A program made the position numbers and the translations under genes. A DNA stretch of 32,000 nucleotides from Parasynechococcus marenigrum WH 8102 (lineage in GTDB: Bacteria > Cyanobacteriota > Cyanobacteriia > PCC-6307 > Cyanobiaceae), in assembly GCF_000195975.1 (NCBI RefSeq), contig NC_005070.1, positions 390,001 through 422,000 on the forward strand. The letters run 5' to 3'. Shown one piece after another: positions 8,951 through 16,625 of the stretch. The stretch's first letter is position 1. Each line of letters begins with the position of its first letter. Under the pieces are notes generated by a model that worked only from the letters and a program-made list of their open reading frames with translations, made no database searches and was not told the DNA's origin.

Positions 8951-9215
8951 CGCTCCGGCGGGGACTAAGGGATTCCAGGTGCTGCTGGATGTCCGCAACG
9001 GTGCGGAACCGGAGTAGTTCCTCCTCCTTGATCCGGATGCCGAAGTTGGTGTCCGCCTCGATCAGGATTTCGTAGAACCCCAGGGAATCAATCCCCACGT
9101 CCTCCATCAAACGAGCATCCGGGGTGATCAGAGCTGGATCGGCGCCGGAGATGCGGTGCAGGATCTCGATCAGCTGTCCCTGCAGCTCTTGCTTGTCAGG
9201 GCAGCTCTCTCCCAA
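8934..9215 (-). CDS. Acyl carrier protein (phosphopantetheine attachment Ser in DSLGFYE)
   Basis: The 93-aa acidic product has GIDSLGFYEILIEAD, a classic DSL motif at an ACP-like position. The TTG start at 9215 is preceded by an SD-like AAGAGG (plus-strand cctctt at 9223-9228) with a 7-nt spacer. Confidence 0.85.
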   Translation of the reverse strand: MGESCPDKQELQGQLIEILHRISGADPALITPDARLMEDVGIDSLGFYEILIEADTNFGIRIKEEELLRFRTVADIQQHLESLSPRRSDGSQS

Positions 9216-9260
9216 CGCACAGCCTCTTGATGAATAGTAAAAGTACCAGTGTTGGTGGTA

Positions 9261-10172
9261 TTACTCGTCGCCTCGGTACCAGCTGAAGCGTTGGTAGACG
9301 GGTTGGTGGGGCAGGTCGATGAACAGGGCGAGCCGTTCTGGAGGCAGCAGCCTCAGGTCGGCGACCATCAAGATTTCAGTGATGTGGTTAAAGTCCAGCG
9401 CAAGAGAAAGATCACAGACCTCCGCTTGCATCAGATTGACGTACTGACGCAGCAGCACCGGCAAGCGGAAATCGTCAGAGAGAGTTTCGCGGATCTCCTG
9501 TTCAAGGGCCTGAATGTGGCCGCTGGGATGGGGGGTGTCATCGGCGCGAATGCCTGGGACGGGATGGCGTGGGGCCGGCAAGCGGGCGTCGCAACGCCGG
9601 TAGGGGGGACGCAGCAGGGCGCTGAGAAAGGCGGCGTTCACCGCATCGCTGTGGGCGAAGTGGTTGTAAGACACCAACCCGTGCAACAGCTGGTATCCAC
9701 TGCGGGCAGCGATCAGCAGACCGCCTCTGAACAGGGCCATCAACGAGTGAGGCTGGCGTTGAAAGCGTTCCGCCAGGGCGACCCTGCCGATCTCGAGGTG
9801 GTTGGTGCGGCTGGCCAGGTCAGCCTTGATGCCGGGATAGACGTGTTCGAGGTAGGAGCCGCTGCTGCCGGGTAAGGAGCTGGCGCCAACGGGAATGAAT
9901 TGCAGGCGGGCGGAGCCGGCGAGGTCGCCGCTGCTGCGTTCCACGAGCAGCAGATGGTCGTAATGGGGATCACGGCCATCGAGGTCACGCTCGTCTCCCG
10001 ACCCGGACAACTGCTTGCGATAGGTCGATTCCCGCAGCTGTCCCACGGCATCGGCCACAGCATCAAAGGCGTTGCCTGCGATCAGATGCAGATCGAGGTC
10101 ATCAATCGTGAGTAAGCGTGTTTCCGTCGACGAGGCCACGACGGAGGGGATGGACGGACCAGACAGCGTCAT
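9261..10172 (-). CDS. GNAT-fold N-acyltransferase of the OlsB / hemolysin-like (Acetyltransf_5) family
   Basis: HLEIGRVALAERFQ resembles the ELGRxxV core of the family. The C-terminal block LPVLLRQYVNLMQAEVCDLSLALDFNHITEILMVADL resembles the conserved PPLLKxYLRLGAxxxGxPxxDxxFxTxDxxxL block of OlsB-type enzymes. It is the first gene of a three-gene minus-strand operon with ACP and KAS. This is a recognition-level call, not a search result. Confidence 0.7.
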   Translation of the reverse strand: MTLSGPSIPSVVASSTETRLLTIDDLDLHLIAGNAFDAVADAVGQLRESTYRKQLSGSGDERDLDGRDPHYDHLLLVERSSGDLAGSARLQFIPVGASSLPGSSGSYLEHVYPGIKADLASRTNHLEIGRVALAERFQRQPHSLMALFRGGLLIAARSGYQLLHGLVSYNHFAHSDAVNAAFLSALLRPPYRRCDARLPAPRHPVPGIRADDTPHPSGHIQALEQEIRETLSDDFRLPVLLRQYVNLMQAEVCDLSLALDFNHITEILMVADLRLLPPERLALFIDLPHQPVYQRFSWYRGDE

Positions 10173-10248
10173 CCTTGTACCTAACTGTCTCAGTCTGCGG
10201 GCAGATTAGACCAACTTCTTTGAGCCTTTTGAGCTAATCACTGCCTTC

Positions 10249-11340
10249 ATGCCTTCCTCTTTGCGTCTCGCTTCTTTGGTCTGCACCCCGCTGATTGCCG
10301 GACTGGCGGCTGTTGCAGCGTCCTTGGCGGTGGTTCCGATGAAGGCCAGTGCTGAACCATTGGCGCTGGCCACTGGCGCAGCCAGCGTTGGGCGTGAGGC
10401 TTTCCGCTATCGACTGGGGCCTGGAGACAGCCTGGTGATGTCGGTGTTCAAAATGAGCGGTTACGAGGCCAATGTGAAGGTGCTGAGCGATGGCACCATC
10501 AACCTGCCGCGGATCGGCACGGTTGAAGTGTGGGGGCTGACGCTGGAGGAAGCGCGCCTGAGGATCACTGCCGCCTACGAGGTCTTTCTGCGCCGGCCGA
10601 TCGTCTACCTCGATCTGGTGACCTCCCGCCCGGTGAAGGTCACGGTGACCGGTGAAGTGGAGCGGCCGGGGGTGTTCAGCCTGCCGACCCAGGCGGAGGG
10701 GGGCTGGCCGACGCTGGTGGATGTGGTGCAGAAAGCTGGTGGTGTGACAGCGAGTGGTGATCTGTCTCGTATTGAGGTGCTGCGACCTGCCGCACGCCCC
10801 GGTGGCTCGATGCGTCGTTATCAGTTCGACTACCTCACGGTGCTGCGCAAGGGGGGGCATGCCCCGAATCCGCTGATTTACGACGGCGACAGCATTCGCT
10901 TGTACAAAAACGATGGCGTCAACAATGCTGACTTGATCACCACGGCGGCCTCCAACTTCGCTCCCGACATGATCCGCGTGAATGTGATTGGTGAGGTGGC
11001 CAAGCCGGGCGTCCAGCAGGTGCCATCCAATGCGCCGTTGTCCCAGGCGATCTTCGCGTCAGGGGGAATCACCCGCCGCGGCAGCATCAGCACAGTGGAA
11101 TTGGTGCGTGTGGATGGCGACGGTGAGCCAACTGTTGCGGTGATGAGCTTTGATCCCAGCGCCGTGCTGAGCAGCCCGACCAACCCACCGCTCCGTCAAG
11201 GAGATGTGATTGTGGTGAACCGCACAGCCTTGGCCAAGGTGGCCGATGGATTGACCGATGCCTTCTCGCCACTGACGCCGATCGTGAATGCGGCATCGAT
11301 TTTCCGGATCCTTGGCTTGCCCTCAGTGATTGGCAACTGA
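10249..11340 (+). CDS. Polysaccharide export protein, Wza/KpsD family (Poly_export plus SLBB-like repeats), with a signal peptide
   Basis: The N-terminal signal-like sequence is MPSSLRLASLVCTPLIAGLAAVAASLAVVPMKASA. The Poly_export core is YRLGPGDSLVMSVF...DGTINLPRIGTVEVWGLTLEEARLRI. SLBB-like blocks include VTVTGEVERPGVFSL and VNVIGEVAKPGVQQV. Confidence 0.85.
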   Translation: MPSSLRLASLVCTPLIAGLAAVAASLAVVPMKASAEPLALATGAASVGREAFRYRLGPGDSLVMSVFKMSGYEANVKVLSDGTINLPRIGTVEVWGLTLEEARLRITAAYEVFLRRPIVYLDLVTSRPVKVTVTGEVERPGVFSLPTQAEGGWPTLVDVVQKAGGVTASGDLSRIEVLRPAARPGGSMRRYQFDYLTVLRKGGHAPNPLIYDGDSIRLYKNDGVNNADLITTAASNFAPDMIRVNVIGEVAKPGVQQVPSNAPLSQAIFASGGITRRGSISTVELVRVDGDGEPTVAVMSFDPSAVLSSPTNPPLRQGDVIVVNRTALAKVADGLTDAFSPLTPIVNAASIFRILGLPSVIGN

Positions 11341-11365
11341 GGAACGGGTTCGATCCATCGTGGAT

Positions 11366-12661
11366 TCAGATCCCCAGTCGCTCCCAGATCACGCCGAGAT
11401 TGGCCTGATGCAGTTCGGTACTGAAGCAGTCCGCCAGCTGATCGGCTGACAGCCGACTGGTGACATCCGCGTCGGCTTCCAGGTTGGCGCGGAAATCACC
11501 GCCTTCATGGTTCCAGGCGGTGTGGGCGTTGCGCTGCACGATCCGATAGGCCTCTTCTCGGCTCATGCCGGTGCCCACCAGGGCCAGCAGCACCCGCTGG
11601 CTAAATACCACGCCGCCGTAGACGTTCATGTTGCGGCGCATGTTGTCGGGATAGACGCCAAGACCCTTCACCACGCTGGTCATCTCCCGCAGCATGAAAT
11701 GAAGGGTGACGGAACAGTCCGGCAGCATCATCCGTTCGGTGGAGCTGTGGCTGATGTCGCGCTCGTGCCAGAGGGCAACGTTTTCCAGGGCTGCCACTAC
11801 ATAGCTGCGCAGCACCCGTGCCAGGCCGCTGATCCGTTCGCTGCGGATCGGGTTGCGCTTGTGGGGCATGGCGGAGCTGCCCTTCTGGCCCTTGGCGAAG
11901 TTCTCCTCCACCTCGAGCACATCGGTGCGCTGCAAGTTGCGGATCTCCGTCGCGAAGCGGTCGAGGGAGGCGCCCACCAGGGCCAGGGTCTGCACATAGT
12001 CGGCATGGCGATCGCGGGAAATCACCTGGCTGCTGGCGGTATCCGGCGTCAGTCCGAGGATTTCACAGGTGATGGCTTCCACCTGGGGGTCGGTGTTGGC
12101 GTAGGTGCCCATGGCCCCACTGATCTGCCCAATGGCCACCTCTTCTTCCAGCCGCGCCAGGCGGCTGCGGTTGCGTTCGGTTTCCGCCAGCCAGCCGGCG
12201 ATCTTGAAGCCAAAGGTAATCGGCTCCCCATGAATGGCATGGGAACGGCCGATCATTTCGGTGGCTTTGTGCTCGCGGGCCAACGCCCGTAGGGCGTCGG
12301 CCAAGGCATCCAACTCCAGGCGGAGCAGGGCCACGGACTGTTTCAGCTGCAGCGCCAGGCCGGTGTCCAACACATCGCTGCTGGTCAAGCCCACATGGAT
12401 GTGACGGCCGGCATCACCGACGTGTTCGTTCACGTTGGTGAGGAAGGCGATCACGTCGTGGCGCACTTCCGCTTCGATCTCGAGGATCCGCTCCACGGAG
12501 AAGTGGGCCTTGGCTTTGATTGTGTCCAGGGCGTCTTGGGGAACACGGCCGAGGCGGCAGTTGGCTTCCGTGGCGGCGATCTCCACATCCAGCCAGCTCT
12601 GGAATTTCGCCTGCTCACTCCAGACGGCTCCCATTTCAGGCAGGGTGTAACGCTCGATCAC
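11366..12661 (-). CDS. purB: Adenylosuccinate lyase
   Basis: The N-terminus is IERYTLPEMGAVWSEQAKFQSW. The fumarate-lyase signature is GSSAMPHKRNPIRSE. Similarity is full-length. The start is GTG at 12661 (giving the usual M-IERYT N-terminus) or GTG at 12679 as in the ORF track. Confidence 0.95.
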   Translation of the reverse strand: MIERYTLPEMGAVWSEQAKFQSWLDVEIAATEANCRLGRVPQDALDTIKAKAHFSVERILEIEAEVRHDVIAFLTNVNEHVGDAGRHIHVGLTSSDVLDTGLALQLKQSVALLRLELDALADALRALAREHKATEMIGRSHAIHGEPITFGFKIAGWLAETERNRSRLARLEEEVAIGQISGAMGTYANTDPQVEAITCEILGLTPDTASSQVISRDRHADYVQTLALVGASLDRFATEIRNLQRTDVLEVEENFAKGQKGSSAMPHKRNPIRSERISGLARVLRSYVVAALENVALWHERDISHSSTERMMLPDCSVTLHFMLREMTSVVKGLGVYPDNMRRNMNVYGGVVFSQRVLLALVGTGMSREEAYRIVQRNAHTAWNHEGGDFRANLEADADVTSRLSADQLADCFSTELHQANLGVIWERLGI

Positions 12662-12712
12662 CGGACGACGCGGATGCACAACCTGCTGACTCTATGCAGT
12701 GGTCGAAACCAT

Positions 12713-12741
12713 AAAAAAAGACCCCTCGAGTGAGGGGTCTT
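12713..12741 (-). terminator. Rho-independent terminator of the KGK-repeat gene
   Basis: The minus strand reads AGACCCCTC-ACTC-GAGGGGTCT followed by TTTTTTTAT. That is a 9-bp GC-rich stem (extendable), a 4-nt loop and a 7-T run. It starts about 21 nt after the stop at 12762. The T-run follows the stem only on the minus strand. Confidence 0.8.
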
Positions 12742-12761
12742 GAACTGAATCTGATTGGTGA

Positions 12762-13415
12762 TCAGGCGTCAAACTTGACCCACTTGGGAGCTTCTTCGAG
12801 GTTCTTGGTGGTGAAGGTATCATCGCCAACAACCAAAGTGTCCTTCTTGTTGAAGTCGGAAAGAACAAGCTTGCCCTTGCCTTTTTTATCAGTAACTTCA
12901 ATTACGTCTTTACCTTTGCCAGAAATAACGGTAGTTTTTCCTTTCAACGTGCCGCTAAAAGTAATAGTGTCACGACCTTTTCCTGTAGAAATAGCTGCAG
13001 CTTTGAGGGTAGAGTCAGCGCCAAACGAAATGGAATCTTCTGCCTTGCCCTTTGCGGTAGTGATAGAAGGCTTCAATAACTTACCTTCCTTGGCGGTAAA
13101 TTCGATAGCACCTTTGCCAGTAGAAGTTATTTCGAGACTTGCGGCTTTTGTGACAGAGAGGGTGATGTTCGCTGTCTTTCCTTTAGGAGCTTCGTTGATA
13201 AATGAAGCATTTGTAAGACGTGATCCAGTAATCTCAGTTTTTTCCTCACCCTTGAGCCCAAGATTGAGACCTTCAATAGGTGATGAAATGGTGATTTCAC
13301 TTGATACACCATCTTCAGACGCGATTACTTCGATTTTGCCAGCATCGGCTTCATCGACGACAATAACGTTGGAAATAACATCGTCTTGGACGACGGACGG
13401 TATGGTGGTCGCCAT
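12762..13415 (-). CDS. Small secreted-type repeat protein (KGK / GKGxD-I-x-F repeats, no signal peptide, no Cys), in a low-GC islet
   Basis: The product is 217 aa with an ATG start. About seven KGK-initiated beta-strand-like repeats are visible: KGKTANITLSV, GKGAIEFTA, KGKAEDSISFG, GKGRDTITFSG, GKGKDVIEVT, KGKGKLVLSDF. The C-terminal VLSDFNKKDTLVVGDD resembles the xDFxxxxDxLxL ends of RTX-type exoproteins. The strand was chosen from terminator polarity and motif periodicity. Confidence 0.7.
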   Translation of the reverse strand: MATTIPSVVQDDVISNVIVVDEADAGKIEVIASEDGVSSEITISSPIEGLNLGLKGEEKTEITGSRLTNASFINEAPKGKTANITLSVTKAASLEITSTGKGAIEFTAKEGKLLKPSITTAKGKAEDSISFGADSTLKAAAISTGKGRDTITFSGTLKGKTTVISGKGKDVIEVTDKKGKGKLVLSDFNKKDTLVVGDDTFTTKNLEEAPKWVKFDA

Positions 13416-13480
13416 GATGAAGGAAGAAAATTAAAATACTTCCTAATCATATTAATCCAATCACACAGCTTGAAAAGGTG
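13416..13480 (-). promoter_or_regulatory. Putative promoter and 5' leader of the KGK-repeat gene
   Basis: The region is AT-rich. A minus-strand TAATAT (-10-like) lies at 13449-13454, about 34 nt upstream of the ATG. I found no convincing -35. A weak hairpin GGAAG-N12-CTTCC abuts the start codon. Support is weak. Confidence 0.25.
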
Positions 13481-13602
13481 GTTAAGGCCACAAATTCGAG
13501 CGGGACATGCCAGCTTCGTCTGATATGAGGCTCTTTATGGGCTCTTGTTTCCTAAAAAGCCTTTCCAGGACAGTCATTAGCAGCTTATGGACTAGTGATA
13601 TC

Positions 13603-14811
13603 TCAGGTCACGACTTGCTCACGAACCCTCTGAAACAGCTGCTCGTAGCCCTCCATAGCCTTGCTGAGGCCTCCGTGGCGTTCGATCCAGCTCCGCCCGG
13701 TGGCTCCCAAGGTGCGAGCCTGCTGAGGTTGCTCAAGCAACTCAATCATCCGGTTGGCTAGGCCCTCGGCGTCGTTGAACGGCACCAGCGCCAGGGCGTC
13801 TGTGGCCTCCTTGTGCAACTCCACCGCGATCGGGCTGTCGGGGTTGCTGATGATCGGAGCTGAGCAGGCTAGGGCCTCCAGCACACTCCACGACAAGGTG
13901 TAGGGGTAACTCAGGGCCACATGGCAGGCGCTGCACTGCAGCAGCGTCAACATCGCTGCGTGGGGGAGTGGCCCCAGGTGATGGATCTGCTCGCGATTTA
14001 GCGTGTCCGGCAGTTGCTCCAGGGCATCGACAAAGTGGTCTTCACCCTTTGGCGGTTGCAGGCCATATCCCTGACCCGTGCCGCCCACCAGCACAAGCTG
14101 TGCCTCCGGCAGGGCCAGGCTGACGAGGGGCCAGGCCTTCAGCAGTTGCCGCAAGCCGCGGAGGGGTTCGAGGTCGCGGGAGATGAAGGTCACCAGCGGT
14201 TGGCCGGCCCTGAACTCAAGGGCCTGTTCGGGAAGCTCCAGGCAGGCGTTTGGATCTGGCATGATCCGTTCGAGATCAACGCCTTCCGGCAGCAGGGTCA
14301 GGCGCTGCTGCAGGTCCGGCGGAAAGCTGAGGAGCTGGCTGCGGCTGGCCACCACGGCTGCGGATGACTGGAACACGGCCAGTTCGGCAATCAGGTTGGC
14401 ACTGCTGAAGCTGGTGGCGTCCGGCTCAAACCCGTCGAGATCCTGATCAAACCCGAAGCCAAGGGAGCGGGAATTGCCCCATAACTCCGGGTAGCTGATC
14501 AAGGGCACATCCCCGCAGACGCGCTGCAGGCAGAGGGCTTCTCCCCAGGCGCTGTGGCTCATCACCAAATCGGGTGGATGCTCCTGATCCAGAAGCTGCT
14601 CGACCAACCTGGCGACCGCCAGCCCTCGTTGCAGTTGGGATGGCGCCTGTTCAAAGCAGTATTGCAAATAGGTGAGGCCCTGCCACTGCAGACCGCTCGG
14701 TGCCTCCGCCATTGATCCAATGGCTGTGACCTGATGCCCGGATGCCAGCCAGGCCGGTGCTAGATCACGGAATTGGCCCGGAAAATTCTGGTGGATCAGC
14801 AGCAGATGCAT
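13603..14811 (-). CDS. Glycosyltransferase, GT4 / group 1 family (GT-B fold)
   Basis: The N-terminus MHLLLIHQNFPGQFRDLAPAWLASGHQVTAIGS is typical of one GT4 subfamily. The C-terminal donor-binding block is ALSYPYTLSWSVLEALACSAPIISNPDSPIAVEL (EX7E-like). Confidence 0.85.
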   Translation of the reverse strand: MHLLLIHQNFPGQFRDLAPAWLASGHQVTAIGSMAEAPSGLQWQGLTYLQYCFEQAPSQLQRGLAVARLVEQLLDQEHPPDLVMSHSAWGEALCLQRVCGDVPLISYPELWGNSRSLGFGFDQDLDGFEPDATSFSSANLIAELAVFQSSAAVVASRSQLLSFPPDLQQRLTLLPEGVDLERIMPDPNACLELPEQALEFRAGQPLVTFISRDLEPLRGLRQLLKAWPLVSLALPEAQLVLVGGTGQGYGLQPPKGEDHFVDALEQLPDTLNREQIHHLGPLPHAAMLTLLQCSACHVALSYPYTLSWSVLEALACSAPIISNPDSPIAVELHKEATDALALVPFNDAEGLANRMIELLEQPQQARTLGATGRSWIERHGGLSKAMEGYEQLFQRVREQVVT

Positions 14812-14867
14812 CGTCAGACCCTATTCACAGCGCAGTTAATCTTCAACGCCTGAATTGCCATGGAGCC

Positions 14868-15890
14868 ATGGGGTTGCGCAGCTGGTTCCGACGACAGCTG
14901 AGCGGGGAAAAGAACCGTATTGATCTGGTCACGCCGGCCAGGGTCTCCCTCACACCTCCTGCCCATGCAGGTCTCGATGCATCGACCATCCCTGCCCCCT
15001 GGTCTGTGGCGCGGCTGCAGGCCCTGTTTGAAGCCTTGGCCCATCAGCCATCCAAAACCAGTGATCAGGCGGCACGTCTGGCGCGGCATCAACTGTCGAA
15101 GTTCTGGCTGGCAGCCCCGGTGGATCAACTGCGACTGTTGTACGAGGGGGAGATCGGTGACCTGCAGCGGCTGCAGTTGACCGGTCCGCTGGTGCAACAG
15201 CAACTGGCGGCTGATGAAATCCGCTGGCGTGATCAGCTGCTGCAACGGCTAGAGGATCCCGCCCGAGCTGCAGAGCGGGTCAACCTGCTGCTGGCACTGA
15301 TGCCTTACACCCAACCGCGCAAGTTGTCGGTGGCCGATCCCCTGAGCACCTTGCCGGACTGGTTGCTGAACGACTATTGCGTCTACTGCGAGCCGGACCT
15401 GGCAGTTCCGGTGGGGTTGTTGGAACCAGCAAGCGAGATCGAGCCCCTCACCGATCGGCGGGGAGAGGAGGCGATGGTGTGGTTCCGCGACGAGGCTGTT
15501 GTGGCCCGCATGCAGGAGCTGATCCAGGCCTACAGCGCCGATCCGACGGCAGCAGACACAAGGCAGGAACTGGCGGGCCTGCGACGGGTGTTGGCGCAGC
15601 TGTGGCTGGATGTTGAGCCTGTGCAGCTGCAGACCCTCGATCAGACGACCGTGGGGGCGGTGACGCGGGCGCTGATCGGCTCTGGATTCAGCGCTGTCCT
15701 GCAGTCTCAAGACGATGTCAGCGCTCGAGAGCGGTTGGCAGCTGATCCGGTCGATCTCAGCCCCCCCGGAGTCGAAGGACGTGTGGTGGCGGCTTTGCTG
15801 TTTTTGCCGACTGGAGCGGTGCAGCTGGAGAGCAAGGAGGGGCTAGCCCCCTGGTTGATCGAGATCCTGAGTCAGCACATGGCCGGGTAG
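14868..15890 (+). CDS. Hypothetical protein (340 aa, helical, Leu/Gln/Ala-rich)
   Basis: This is ORF 14742-15890. I prefer ATG 14868 (MGLRSWFRRQLSGEK), which is downstream of the divergent GT4 start at 14811. I recognise no motif. Coding status rests on length and non-shadow-like composition. Confidence 0.55.
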   Translation: MGLRSWFRRQLSGEKNRIDLVTPARVSLTPPAHAGLDASTIPAPWSVARLQALFEALAHQPSKTSDQAARLARHQLSKFWLAAPVDQLRLLYEGEIGDLQRLQLTGPLVQQQLAADEIRWRDQLLQRLEDPARAAERVNLLLALMPYTQPRKLSVADPLSTLPDWLLNDYCVYCEPDLAVPVGLLEPASEIEPLTDRRGEEAMVWFRDEAVVARMQELIQAYSADPTAADTRQELAGLRRVLAQLWLDVEPVQLQTLDQTTVGAVTRALIGSGFSAVLQSQDDVSARERLAADPVDLSPPGVEGRVVAALLFLPTGAVQLESKEGLAPWLIEILSQHMAG

Positions 15891-16625
15891 CGGAGGCGGC
15901 TCCTCACCTCGCAACAGGTGCTCCACCCGCTTCTGGAGCCAGTCGCTGAACAGATCCTCCAGCAGGATCTGACGGGTGGAGTCATCGAGGCGGGATCCCT
16001 GCCAGTGATCCAGGCGCAGGATCACCCAGATGTTGACCAAGAAAAACGGTGCCCAGAGCTGGCCTGGTTGGCTGATACGCAGCTTCTCCACCAGCACGGG
16101 ATGGGCCTGACTCAAGGACACCGGACCGATAAGCCCGCCACTGTCGCGTTCGTCGCCTTCGGAGTAACGGGCTGCCAGCTCTTTAAAACTGTCTTCATTC
16201 TCCAGGAGCCGTTGGTGTAGCTCAAAGGCCAGATCCCCATCGCTCAGGCGGATCAGGGAGTAGTGAATCTGATCCAGGTCCGCTTTGCTGGCGAGAAAGC
16301 GAAGTTCCACCTCCTCCGCGAACATCAACCTCTGGAAGCGTTGCAGCCGCTCCGCTTTGGTAGCGAAGTAGAGGAAGTCCTCCTGCTGCCATCCCTTGGC
16401 AGTGAGGAACTGTTCCAGGTCAGCATCAGCATCGAGATTCTCCCGGCTTCTGTAGGCATCCACCAAGTCCTTCTCGATGGCCTGGGGCAAAGGAACGGCC
16501 CTGCAGATCTCATCGAACACCGCAGCCTGGGCGATAGCGAGGCAAAGCCCTTGCTGCCGGGCGATGCGATTCAACGTCTCGGCTGAGCAAAAGGGTCGGC
16601 CGGGGTGGAGTTCGATCTCAGTCAT
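15843..16625 (-). CDS. Parvulin-type peptidyl-prolyl cis-trans isomerase (PpiC/SurA/PrsA-like)
   Basis: The rotamase core is FKELAARYSEGDERDSGGLIGPVSLSQAHPVLVEKL...GQLWAPFFLVNIWVILRL. It is the last gene of the ABC-HlyD operon. Its ATG at 16625 overlaps the stop of the small membrane protein gene by 8 nt. Confidence 0.8.
   Translation of the reverse strand: MTEIELHPGRPFCSAETLNRIARQQGLCLAIAQAAVFDEICRAVPLPQAIEKDLVDAYRSRENLDADADLEQFLTAKGWQQEDFLYFATKAERLQRFQRLMFAEEVELRFLASKADLDQIHYSLIRLSDGDLAFELHQRLLENEDSFKELAARYSEGDERDSGGLIGPVSLSQAHPVLVEKLRISQPGQLWAPFFLVNIWVILRLDHWQGSRLDDSTRQILLEDLFSDWLQKRVEHLLRGEEPPPLPGHVLTQDLDQPGG

Noticed and set aside
11341-11365. A possible bidirectional terminator between the convergent Wza-like gene and purB (ATCCA-TCG-TGGAT)
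   Set aside because: The stem is only 5-6 bp with a 3-nt loop and no flanking U-tract, which is too weak to call.
12730-13434. A 234-aa plus-strand ORF mirroring the KGK-repeat gene in the low-GC islet
   Set aside because: It would have to start inside the terminator stem. Its product is a Ser/Leu/Pro/Val-rich string with no periodic motif. The T-run of the hairpin follows the stem only on the minus strand, and the minus-strand product has a clear repeat architecture. Both frames are open, so residual uncertainty remains.
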